NCBI GenBank assembly: GCA_938091905.1
Contig: CALKOM010000117.1
Span: 11,844 to 75,843, forward strand
Source: an uncultured Verrucomicrobiales bacterium
Lineage (GTDB): Bacteria; Verrucomicrobiota; Verrucomicrobiia; Verrucomicrobiales; DEV007
Reading direction: 5' to 3'
Length of the DNA: 64,000 nucleotides
A program made the position numbers and the translations under genes. Shown piece after piece: positions 20,156-28,393 of this stretch (positions are counted from its first letter, which is position 1; each line of letters opens with the position of its first letter). A model generated the notes under the pieces. It was not told where the DNA came from. It saw only the letters and a list, made by a program, of their open reading frames with translations, and searched no databases.

Positions 20156-21217
20156 ATGGCCTTCGATTTCATTTTCATGCTCACGGCGAATGACCGCACG
20201 GTCTCAGACGCCCGTGCTCGGCTAAACGACGTCTTGGCCGGCGGAGCTCGCCACATCGGCTTTAAGGACGTCGGCTTACCTTTTGAAGAACTCAAAGAAT
20301 TGGCTAGCGAGATCCGCGCGGCTGGTGGTCGAGCCTATTTGGAGGTGGTCAGTCTCGATGAAGAAAGTGAAATTCGTTCTGCCAAGGCGGCCATCGATCT
20401 TGAAGTAGACTGCCTCCTCGGCGGAACACGGGCGGTTCAAGTTGCCCCCCTGCTACGTCATCATCCCATTCGCTACTATCCCTTTCCTGGCGCCATCGTC
20501 GGGCACCCAAGTGTTCTCGCAGGCTCGATGGAAGAGATCGCAGAAAGCGCCAGGCGCCTGACAGACCTCGAAACGGTGCACGGGGTCGACCTGCTCGCCT
20601 ATCGCTTTGCTGGCGATGTACCAGCGCTTATGAAGGCGGTCTGCCTAGCGACTGACAAACCTGTCATCATGGCTGGCAGCATCGATCAAGAAGAACGCAT
20701 CGTCGCCGCAGCAGAGGCTGGCGCTTCGGGTTTTACTGTGGGAACGGCAGCGCTCGACGAAGTGTTTCCAGCCTCCTCTGACGGCCTTGTCGCTCAAGTT
20801 CAAGCAATTATGGCAATGACAGGCCGAGCTCGGCAGCGCTCCTCGGCCCCCAAACGAATCGCCCTCGTAGCTCACAACAATCGTAAGTCACATCTCAAGG
20901 CGTGGGTTCAACGACATTGTGGAACACTCCAACGTCACAAGATTGTTTGCACTGGAAGCACTGGCACTCTGTTAGTCAAGGCGGAACCAGAACTCTCGAT
21001 TCATCGTTTGCAGCGCGGTTCACACGGCGGCGATCAGCAACTGGGAGCCCTCGTCGCCACAGGCGAGCTTGACGCGGTCATCTTCTTTGCCGATCCCCAT
21101 GGACCAAGCTCGTCCGATGTAGATTTGCTAGCATTGATCAGACTGGCCATTCAGCACGATACACCTATTGCCTGCAGCCCCGCAGCTGCGGATATGATCG
21201 TCACCGCCAGCCTCTAA
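20156..21217 (+). CDS. Fusion of a phosphate-binding TIM-barrel domain with a methylglyoxal-synthase-like domain
   Basis: N-terminal barrel (HIGFKDVG, YLEVVS, DLLAYR, AGSID, FTVGTA). C-terminal part from about 20852 has IALVAH, TGSTG, GGDQQLGA, IFFADP. Confidence 0.75.
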   Translation: MAFDFIFMLTANDRTVSDARARLNDVLAGGARHIGFKDVGLPFEELKELASEIRAAGGRAYLEVVSLDEESEIRSAKAAIDLEVDCLLGGTRAVQVAPLLRHHPIRYYPFPGAIVGHPSVLAGSMEEIAESARRLTDLETVHGVDLLAYRFAGDVPALMKAVCLATDKPVIMAGSIDQEERIVAAAEAGASGFTVGTAALDEVFPASSDGLVAQVQAIMAMTGRARQRSSAPKRIALVAHNNRKSHLKAWVQRHCGTLQRHKIVCTGSTGTLLVKAEPELSIHRLQRGSHGGDQQLGALVATGELDAVIFFADPHGPSSSDVDLLALIRLAIQHDTPIACSPAAADMIVTASL

Positions 21218-21228
21218 ACAGCTATCTC

Positions 21229-21834
21229 ATGAGCCGAACCACTGCTCTCGTCTTCGACATCGGGAACGTCCTGAGTCATTTCAGCTTTGATCACATGGTC
21301 GCTGCCGACTTACAGTTCACTAAACTGCCAGCAAAGGAAGTGCTAGAGATCCTCATCAAGTGGTCACATCCGTTCTGCACAGGCGAACTGGATGAGGGCG
21401 CCTTTGCAGGACATTGCATGGATGAACTCAAGTTCACCGGCAGCGTGGAAGACCTCAAGCGAATTTACAATTTAGGTTTCCAGCCAAACAAGCTCATGGC
21501 TCCCGTGGTTGAGCGCTATTCAGATCAGTACTCTCTCTACTACCTGTCCGATACAAACCCGTGGCATATAGAGTTTCTGTTAGGCAACGATCCACTGTTG
21601 CCTCATTTCCAATCAGGCACGACATCGTTTGAAGCCAGGGTGCTCAAGCCAGATCGTACGATATACGAGTTTGCGGCTCGGAAACATGACTTCCTACCCA
21701 AGGAAGCAATCTTCATCGATGACCGTGCTGCCAATGTTGCTGGGGCAGAAGCCGTCGGCTATGTTGGCTTGCACTACAAGCCTGATCAACATACGATTTT
21801 TGAGGATCAGCTAAGCGCTACTCTCGAAAAATGA
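21229..21834 (+). CDS. HAD-family phosphatase (YihX-like)
   Basis: FDIGNVL, LSDTN, KPD, FIDD motifs. Confidence 0.88.
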   Translation: MSRTTALVFDIGNVLSHFSFDHMVAADLQFTKLPAKEVLEILIKWSHPFCTGELDEGAFAGHCMDELKFTGSVEDLKRIYNLGFQPNKLMAPVVERYSDQYSLYYLSDTNPWHIEFLLGNDPLLPHFQSGTTSFEARVLKPDRTIYEFAARKHDFLPKEAIFIDDRAANVAGAEAVGYVGLHYKPDQHTIFEDQLSATLEK

Positions 21835-24521
21835 TACGAATCTCTCTCATCGTCCTTTCACTGCTGTCACCTAGCTTTGCTACGGAGACTGTATCGGAAG
21901 CCGAGAAGCTCTTTGCTCTGAAGGTGAAACCCCTCTTTGCCGCCAAGTGCCTCGCTTGTCACGGCGATGAGCCAGACAAGCCAAAGGGTGGATTCGATAT
22001 GCGGTCACGCACTTCGATGTTGAAGGGCGGCAAGAACTTTGGCCAAGAAGTCATCAAGCCGGCTAACGGAGACACCAGCTATCTCTACATCACCACGACC
22101 CGCACGGAGGAGGGTTATGAAATGCCTCCAAAAGAGGCTGACAAACTTACCAAAGAGGAACAGGGTTGGATACGAGCTTGGATCAACGCGGACGCCCCTT
22201 GGCCTAATGAAGCACGAATCGCTGCCATCCAAGAGACCTATGCGGAGGGCATCAAGGTAGCCACTTCCAAAGCCTTGTCTGAGGATTGGCAGCAGCGCCG
22301 TTATGATCCCCAGTCACTCTGGGCCTACCACCCTTTGGACGTCTGGAAAGTTCCAGAAGGTTCTCACCCCGTGGACTGGTTCATCGATCAGCGGCTCAAA
22401 GAAGTCTCACTCGCTTCAGCACCACCTGCCAATGGTCGAGAACTGGCACGCCGAATCAGCTTTGGCATGACGGGCTTGCCTCCAAGCCCTGAGGCCGTCG
22501 AAGAGTTTATAGCATTCTATGCCACGGACAAGGCCGCAGCCGTGGCCACGTATGCGCAAGAGCTCATGGCAACACCACAATACGGCGAACATTTCGCCCG
22601 CCATTGGCTAGACGTCACGCGTTACGCTGATTCAGGTGGTTTCGCTAATGACTACGCTCGGCCAAACGCCTGGCGCTACCGTGACTATGTCATCCGTGCG
22701 TTCAACCAAGACAAGCCTTATGACGCCTTTGTCAGGGAACAAATCGCCGGCGATGAACTAGACGCTTCTGAACCTGAACATCTAATCGCCACCGGATTCC
22801 TTCGCATGGGCCCGTGGGAACAGACGAGCATGAGTGTTTTCAAAGAGACGCGGCAGCTCTGGCTCGATGATGTGACCGACTCGGTAGGGCAAACCTTTCT
22901 CGGCCACACCTTGCAATGCGCAAAGTGCCACGACCATAAGTTCGATCCCGTCCCTACACGCGATTACTACCGAATGATGGCCGTGTTCTCTACCACCCAG
23001 TTTGCCGGGAGGGACGCCGCCTTTGTCGACCAGGAGAATCAGAATAGTTTCAGCACCTCTGACGCTTGGGTGAAGGCCAAGATGAAAGCCTATCAGAACC
23101 AGCATACGGCGCTCGAGGACAAGGTTAAGCGTGCAAGGAAGCAAGAATCTGGCGCCGCAAAGGTCGGCGACAACGGTCTTGACCCCGGCGATGAAGCGTC
23201 ACTCGCTCGGATAAACAAGAATATTATAAGGCACCGTTTGGAGCTTGAGCGTACTCTACCAATCGCCTTTGCAGTGTATACGGGCACGACCATCACTCGC
23301 AAAAACATCAACAGTCGTCTCAAAATGCCAGCAAAGCCTTGGGGAAAGGGAGTCTTGGAGTCGGATGCGATTCTTACCGGAGGCAACATCTACTCTCCAT
23401 CGGATCCGGTCACGCCAGGCGCCCTGACTGCAGTGGAATCCCTTGGAAATATGACGACCAAGGCGTTCCCCAAGGGCAAAGGCAATCGACGCTTGGCCCT
23501 GGCCGAATGGATCACGAATGAGAAGAATCCCCTGACCGCCCGAGTCATGGTCAATCGCCTTTGGTCCTGGCACTTCGGTCAAGGATTGGCAGGCAATCCG
23601 AGCAACTTTGGGAGTACGGGTGAACGCCCAACGCATCCAGCACTACTCGACTACCTTGCCCAGTGGTTCATGGACCAGGGCTGGTCTGTGAAGAAGCTCA
23701 ATGCACTGATCCTTAGCTCCAAAGCCTACCAGCGCAGTTCACGTCATCCTCAATTGGCGGAGCAACGATCGAAGGATCCCAAGCAACACCTCTACGCCAC
23801 CTTTCAACCACGTCGCCTCTCGGCAGAGGAACTTCGTGATGCCATGTTAGCCTCCAGTGGCGAAATGAGCCCCCAAGTAGGCGGCATCCCAGCTCGCCCT
23901 GATATGAATGAGGAAGTCGCTTTCCAACCCCGGCAGATCATGGGCGGCACGGCATCCGTTTACGAACCTGATCCCCTCCCCGCCCAGCGCAATCGTCGTA
24001 GCATCTACGTTGAGAAATTACGCGGTCTTCGTGACCCTTTTTTAGAGAACTTTAACCAACCTGGCCCTGATGACTCCTGCGAACGCCGAGAAACGTCCAC
24101 CGTCGCCACCCAAGCCCTCACACTCCTGAACGCTGCAGAAGTCCACGATCGTGCTTTAGCACTCGCAGACCGACTCATGAAGGAAAGGATCACGACTGCT
24201 GATAAGATTCAGCGTGCATTCGCTCTGACACTAGGACGCACGGCAAGCAATCAAGAACAAAAAGCATGTCTCGATCATTGGCGGATTGCCACTGGCGAAG
24301 AAACTGATCGCACCCATGAACGTAAATCCTATGTAGACCACGTCAATCGCACCGTGATGGCGGAGAAGACAGGCGAGCCCTACGACTTCGTAGAGCTCAT
24401 GCCTGCTTACGACAACTACCAGCCAGACCTCCAACCAAGCGATGTCGATGCGCCAACCCGAGGCTTGGCCCAAGTCTGTCTCGTGCTCTTCAATTCAAAC
24501 GAATTCGCTTACCTCGATTGA
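21831..24521 (+). CDS. Planctomycete cytochrome c / DUF1549 / DUF1553 (PSCyt2/PSD1) protein
   Basis: CLACHG, YGEHFARHWLDVTRYADS, CAKCHDHKFDP, NPLTARVMVNRLW, PTHPALLDYLA, NSNEFAYLD. Confidence 0.92.
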   Translation: MIRISLIVLSLLSPSFATETVSEAEKLFALKVKPLFAAKCLACHGDEPDKPKGGFDMRSRTSMLKGGKNFGQEVIKPANGDTSYLYITTTRTEEGYEMPPKEADKLTKEEQGWIRAWINADAPWPNEARIAAIQETYAEGIKVATSKALSEDWQQRRYDPQSLWAYHPLDVWKVPEGSHPVDWFIDQRLKEVSLASAPPANGRELARRISFGMTGLPPSPEAVEEFIAFYATDKAAAVATYAQELMATPQYGEHFARHWLDVTRYADSGGFANDYARPNAWRYRDYVIRAFNQDKPYDAFVREQIAGDELDASEPEHLIATGFLRMGPWEQTSMSVFKETRQLWLDDVTDSVGQTFLGHTLQCAKCHDHKFDPVPTRDYYRMMAVFSTTQFAGRDAAFVDQENQNSFSTSDAWVKAKMKAYQNQHTALEDKVKRARKQESGAAKVGDNGLDPGDEASLARINKNIIRHRLELERTLPIAFAVYTGTTITRKNINSRLKMPAKPWGKGVLESDAILTGGNIYSPSDPVTPGALTAVESLGNMTTKAFPKGKGNRRLALAEWITNEKNPLTARVMVNRLWSWHFGQGLAGNPSNFGSTGERPTHPALLDYLAQWFMDQGWSVKKLNALILSSKAYQRSSRHPQLAEQRSKDPKQHLYATFQPRRLSAEELRDAMLASSGEMSPQVGGIPARPDMNEEVAFQPRQIMGGTASVYEPDPLPAQRNRRSIYVEKLRGLRDPFLENFNQPGPDDSCERRETSTVATQALTLLNAAEVHDRALALADRLMKERITTADKIQRAFALTLGRTASNQEQKACLDHWRIATGEETDRTHERKSYVDHVNRTVMAEKTGEPYDFVELMPAYDNYQPDLQPSDVDAPTRGLAQVCLVLFNSNEFAYLD

Positions 24522-24527
24522 TTCGCC

Positions 24528-25919
24528 ATGTCGCACCATACTTCCCATCTCATGGCCACTCCAAACCGCCGCGATTTCCTTTACGGTCTCGGTGCAGGTC
24601 TAGGGTCCGTCGCGTTCTCTTCCATGTTACAAGGTGCTCAGTCAAAGGCTCATCTCCCTGGCCGAGCCAAACGTTGCATCTTTCTCATGATGGAAGGTGG
24701 CCCGTCCCACATTGACACCTTTGATCCAAAACCCGAGCTCGACCGGCGCCATTTGCAAGAGTTCTCGCGCGGTGGCGAAATGGAAAGTGCGATGTCTTCA
24801 GGCACGCGCTACTTTGTCAGGAGCCCGTTCGACTTTGTAAAAGCGGGGAAATGTGGCGCCGATATTTCCTCAGAGTGGACCCATCTCAAAGATTGCGTCG
24901 ACGACATGTGCTTTTATCGCGGTGCTCAGGTCGAGTCGGTGAATCACCCCACAGCCTGTTTCCAGCTCAACACAGGAAACCGATTCGGAGGTGATCCCGC
25001 CATGGGGGCCTGGGTGACCTATGGGCTCGGTTCGCTCAATGAGAACCTCCCAGGCTTCGTCGTCTTGCCGCGCTCCAGCTATCCACAAGGCGGCGCGGGC
25101 AATTGGTCGAACGGCTACCTTCCCGCAGACTTTCAGGGGACGCCCCTGCGACCTAAAGGAAGTCCAATTCTCGATCTGCACCCACCAAAAGGCGTCACAA
25201 GATCACAGCAGCGTACCAATCTTGATCTGTTAGCGAAACTCAACCAGCACCACCTAGAAGTTCGCCCAGATCGAAGCGAACTTGAAGCAAGGATGGCCTC
25301 ATACGAACTCGCCTACCGTATGCAAATGGAGGTGCCTGGCGTGCTCGATTTCAAGGGGGAATCCGAAGCCACATTAGAAGCCTACGGCGTGGGCACCACA
25401 AAGACCGATGCCTTTGGTCGCAAGTGCTTATTAGCTCGTCGGCTAATCGAGAAAGGCGTGCGCTTTGTCCAGGCCTACGCTGGCAATTGGGACAGTCATG
25501 ATTACATCGAGAGAGCCCATGGGTCGCTCATCCGTTCGGTGGACAAACCAATCGCCGGGCTACTGAAAGACCTCAAAGATCGCGGCTTGTTAGACGATAC
25601 ACTGGTCGTGTGGTGCGGTGAATTTGGCCGCACGCCCGACAATGGCATGCGAGGCGGCAAATCTTACGGTCGCGATCATAATGCCAAAGCCATGGCCATG
25701 TGGTTCGCCGGAGGAGGCACCAAAGCTGGCCACACCATCGGAGCCACGGACGAGATCGGTGCCGAGGCGGTGGACTGTGTTCACCACATCCGCGATGTGC
25801 ATGTCACCCTACTTCGTTTGCTAGGGCTCGATGACAACCAACTCACCTACTATCATGCGGGTCGGCACAAACAGCTCTCGCAATTCGGAGGACAAGTGAT
25901 CCGGGAACTGATCGCCTAG
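24528..25919 (+). CDS. DUF1501 domain-containing protein
   Basis: NRRDFL, GGPSHIDTFDPKP, CLLARRLIEKGVRF, GEFGRTP, GRDHN. Confidence 0.92.
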   Translation: MSHHTSHLMATPNRRDFLYGLGAGLGSVAFSSMLQGAQSKAHLPGRAKRCIFLMMEGGPSHIDTFDPKPELDRRHLQEFSRGGEMESAMSSGTRYFVRSPFDFVKAGKCGADISSEWTHLKDCVDDMCFYRGAQVESVNHPTACFQLNTGNRFGGDPAMGAWVTYGLGSLNENLPGFVVLPRSSYPQGGAGNWSNGYLPADFQGTPLRPKGSPILDLHPPKGVTRSQQRTNLDLLAKLNQHHLEVRPDRSELEARMASYELAYRMQMEVPGVLDFKGESEATLEAYGVGTTKTDAFGRKCLLARRLIEKGVRFVQAYAGNWDSHDYIERAHGSLIRSVDKPIAGLLKDLKDRGLLDDTLVVWCGEFGRTPDNGMRGGKSYGRDHNAKAMAMWFAGGGTKAGHTIGATDEIGAEAVDCVHHIRDVHVTLLRLLGLDDNQLTYYHAGRHKQLSQFGGQVIRELIA

Positions 25920-25992
25920 CACCGTCTCCAACCGAGAGTTATTCGAGTTTGGTTTGCATCCAAGGAAGGAAGCATCGACCATTATTGAGATC

Positions 25993-26463
25993 ATGTTTGG
26001 CCGCCTACTGCTCCTCTTTATCACAGTACCCTTCATCGAGCTGGTGCTCCTTCTGAAGATCGGAGCAAAGATTGGGTTCACCCCCACGCTTGGGATCATC
26101 GTCGTCACTGCGATCTTAGGGGCTTCCCTCACCCGCTCTCAAGGTCGACACACGTTGCAACGCTTTCAGCAGGCCCAGCGGGAAGGGCGTCTCCCCCACG
26201 CCGAAGTCATGGACGGGCTGATGATTATCATTGCAGGAGCAGTGCTCCTCACCCCCGGCTTTCTAACAGATATCGCGGGGTTCCTTCTACTCGTTCCGCC
26301 TGTCCGGGCTGCCGTTAGGGGGCGACTGGCCGCAGCACTCAAAGGCCGCATTCAGATCGTCGGCATGTCAGCCAGTTCCAGCGGTTCAACCCAGCCACAA
26401 GGCCAGGTGCAAGAGCGTGTGATCAAAGCTAAAGTGATCAACGAAGACCCGCCCGATTCATGA
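25993..26463 (+). CDS. fxsA: FxsA-family membrane protein
   Basis: VPFIELVLL, LLTPGFLTD..GFLLLVPPVR. Confidence 0.88.
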   Translation: MFGRLLLLFITVPFIELVLLLKIGAKIGFTPTLGIIVVTAILGASLTRSQGRHTLQRFQQAQREGRLPHAEVMDGLMIIIAGAVLLTPGFLTDIAGFLLLVPPVRAAVRGRLAAALKGRIQIVGMSASSSGSTQPQGQVQERVIKAKVINEDPPDS

Positions 26464-27959
26464 ATTCCACACGCACAATCCATCGTTGGCCAAGAGCAGC
26501 TGCCTTGATCCTTGCCTCGATTGGCGTCTGGGTCGCCTTGGCTGAAGAGAAGCCAACCGATCCCACCGAGTCATTCGACACGTGGTTCGCTGCCTGCAAA
26601 GATCTTCCTACGAACCGAAGGCTCGAACTCCCTTACCCACCCAAAGAGGTGCTGCCAATCAAGACGTTTAAACCTCTTGGCATCTTATTAGACTTTTTCA
26701 CTGAACGTTCCCTTACCGGCCCGCTCGCCAAGAAAGATCACTGGCTAGGTCAATTCCCGGATCGAGCGACGTTCTTTCATCCAACAAAGCTACCGAGTTT
26801 CGAAACTCCCTTTCAGCCGTTCGCTCAGCGCCTCCAACTTCCGCCCGGTTCCGAAGTGATCCTTCATGGTGACCTTCACGGCGATATCAAGTCGTTTCTC
26901 TATTCGCTTAAAGCCCTCGAAGATCGTGGCTATCTCAAGGACTTCAAAATTATCAAGCCGAACGCCCACATGCTCTTCCTCGGCGACTACACCGATCGTG
27001 GCATGTACGGGGTCGAGGTCATCTACACCTTGATGCGCTTGAAGCTAATGAATCCGGACAATGTCTGGCTCGTGCGGGGCAACCACGAAGATATCCAGAT
27101 GGTCGCCAAGTATGGGTTTCTTCACGAGGGAAAGTACAAATACGGAACCGACTTCGATCAACGGAAAGTCACTCGGATCTATTCTCTCATGCCCGTCGTC
27201 CTTTACCTGGGATGCGAAAATACCTACGTACAATGCAACCACGGAGGGATCGAACCCGGTTACAGCGTTAAGAAACTGCTAGGATCACCTGCTGAGAAAC
27301 ACTACGAGCTGATCAGCAAACTCAACCGGGCAGACTATCTGAAAGCACACCCTGAATTAATTGACAAAGTGGATAGCTTTAGTGCTCGAATGCTGAGGGT
27401 AGTCTATCAAAACTATGTTCCAAAAAGCCCAACCTCGCCAAATCCCCTTGGCTTTCTGTGGACCGACTACACACTCCAACCCCATGAACCAGCTCTTCGA
27501 TGGGATGACAATCGCCCAGGATGGACGTGGGGCCAGCTTGGGACTCGCCAATTTCTAGACTACGTTTCTGCCGGCGTCAATGGCCCACGCGTGCAGGCCA
27601 TCTTCCGCGCCCACCAACACAACCGCGGACGCGATCCCATGATGTCACGTCTCATCGCGAGCAAGGGTGTCTTTGAACACTGGCAGAAAGCGGATCTCGA
27701 AACTCTCACCGATGCCAACGTACCGGAACTTGAAGCCGCCCTCAGCACCGACGCCAAACGCTCACTCACAGAAGGTGCCGTCTACACGCTTAATGTCAGT
27801 CCCGATAGCATCTACGGTCTAACCGCAGACTACGACTTCGATACTTGCGCCATCCTGACGCTCCAACCCCAGTTGGAAGATTGGACGATGGAGACGCTCA
27901 ATGCGACGGTTCCAGTTCCGAAAGCTGAGCCTCCGAATCAAGGCGCTCAAGATCAATAG
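26460..27959 (+). CDS. PPP-family (calcineurin-like) metallophosphatase with signal peptide
   Basis: GDLHG, GDYTDRG, RGNHE, HGG, LWTD, RAHQ motifs; hydrophobic N-terminus ending ALA. Confidence 0.85.
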   Translation: MNSTRTIHRWPRAAALILASIGVWVALAEEKPTDPTESFDTWFAACKDLPTNRRLELPYPPKEVLPIKTFKPLGILLDFFTERSLTGPLAKKDHWLGQFPDRATFFHPTKLPSFETPFQPFAQRLQLPPGSEVILHGDLHGDIKSFLYSLKALEDRGYLKDFKIIKPNAHMLFLGDYTDRGMYGVEVIYTLMRLKLMNPDNVWLVRGNHEDIQMVAKYGFLHEGKYKYGTDFDQRKVTRIYSLMPVVLYLGCENTYVQCNHGGIEPGYSVKKLLGSPAEKHYELISKLNRADYLKAHPELIDKVDSFSARMLRVVYQNYVPKSPTSPNPLGFLWTDYTLQPHEPALRWDDNRPGWTWGQLGTRQFLDYVSAGVNGPRVQAIFRAHQHNRGRDPMMSRLIASKGVFEHWQKADLETLTDANVPELEAALSTDAKRSLTEGAVYTLNVSPDSIYGLTADYDFDTCAILTLQPQLEDWTMETLNATVPVPKAEPPNQGAQDQ

Positions 27960-28359
27960 CGCCTGAAGCAATCAGGAATCGCACTGGGCTCAACTCTCCC
28001 ACCCGAAGGAGATCCATATCCGCAAAGAAACTTCGTTTCTTTCCAACATAGGAGATCGCTTTCCAAGGAATAAACAACGGCGGATGACCTGCGCTAAAAA
28101 GCGGCATCGGCGTCAGCCCTAGTCCGTCCTCCATCTGCGTAAAGGTGAGAACTCGGTTGTAATTGATCAATCCAATGCGCGCACTCTGCCAACGGCTAGT
28201 ATCGCCTTCAAAACACCGATTGGACTCATACGTCCGCGCCAACTGTCCCCATCCAGAGACCCGCGACAACCCCCAGGTAACAAAGCACCAGAACAGCGGA
28301 ATCAGAACGAACGCCGTGAATAGTATGCCCGCGAGGCGAAACCATGGTGAATCCAGCAT
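27898..28359 (-). CDS. Hypothetical membrane protein
   Basis: N-terminal TM helix, SGWGQLARTY and HPPLFIPW motifs; convergent overlap with the phosphatase gene. Confidence 0.7.
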   Translation of the reverse strand: MLDSPWFRLAGILFTAFVLIPLFWCFVTWGLSRVSGWGQLARTYESNRCFEGDTSRWQSARIGLINYNRVLTFTQMEDGLGLTPMPLFSAGHPPLFIPWKAISYVGKKRSFFADMDLLRVGELSPVRFLIASGAIDLERLDSEAQLSELEPSH

Positions 28360-28393
28360 CGCTAACTGTAAGGGCGATCTTACGAGAAGGCGA

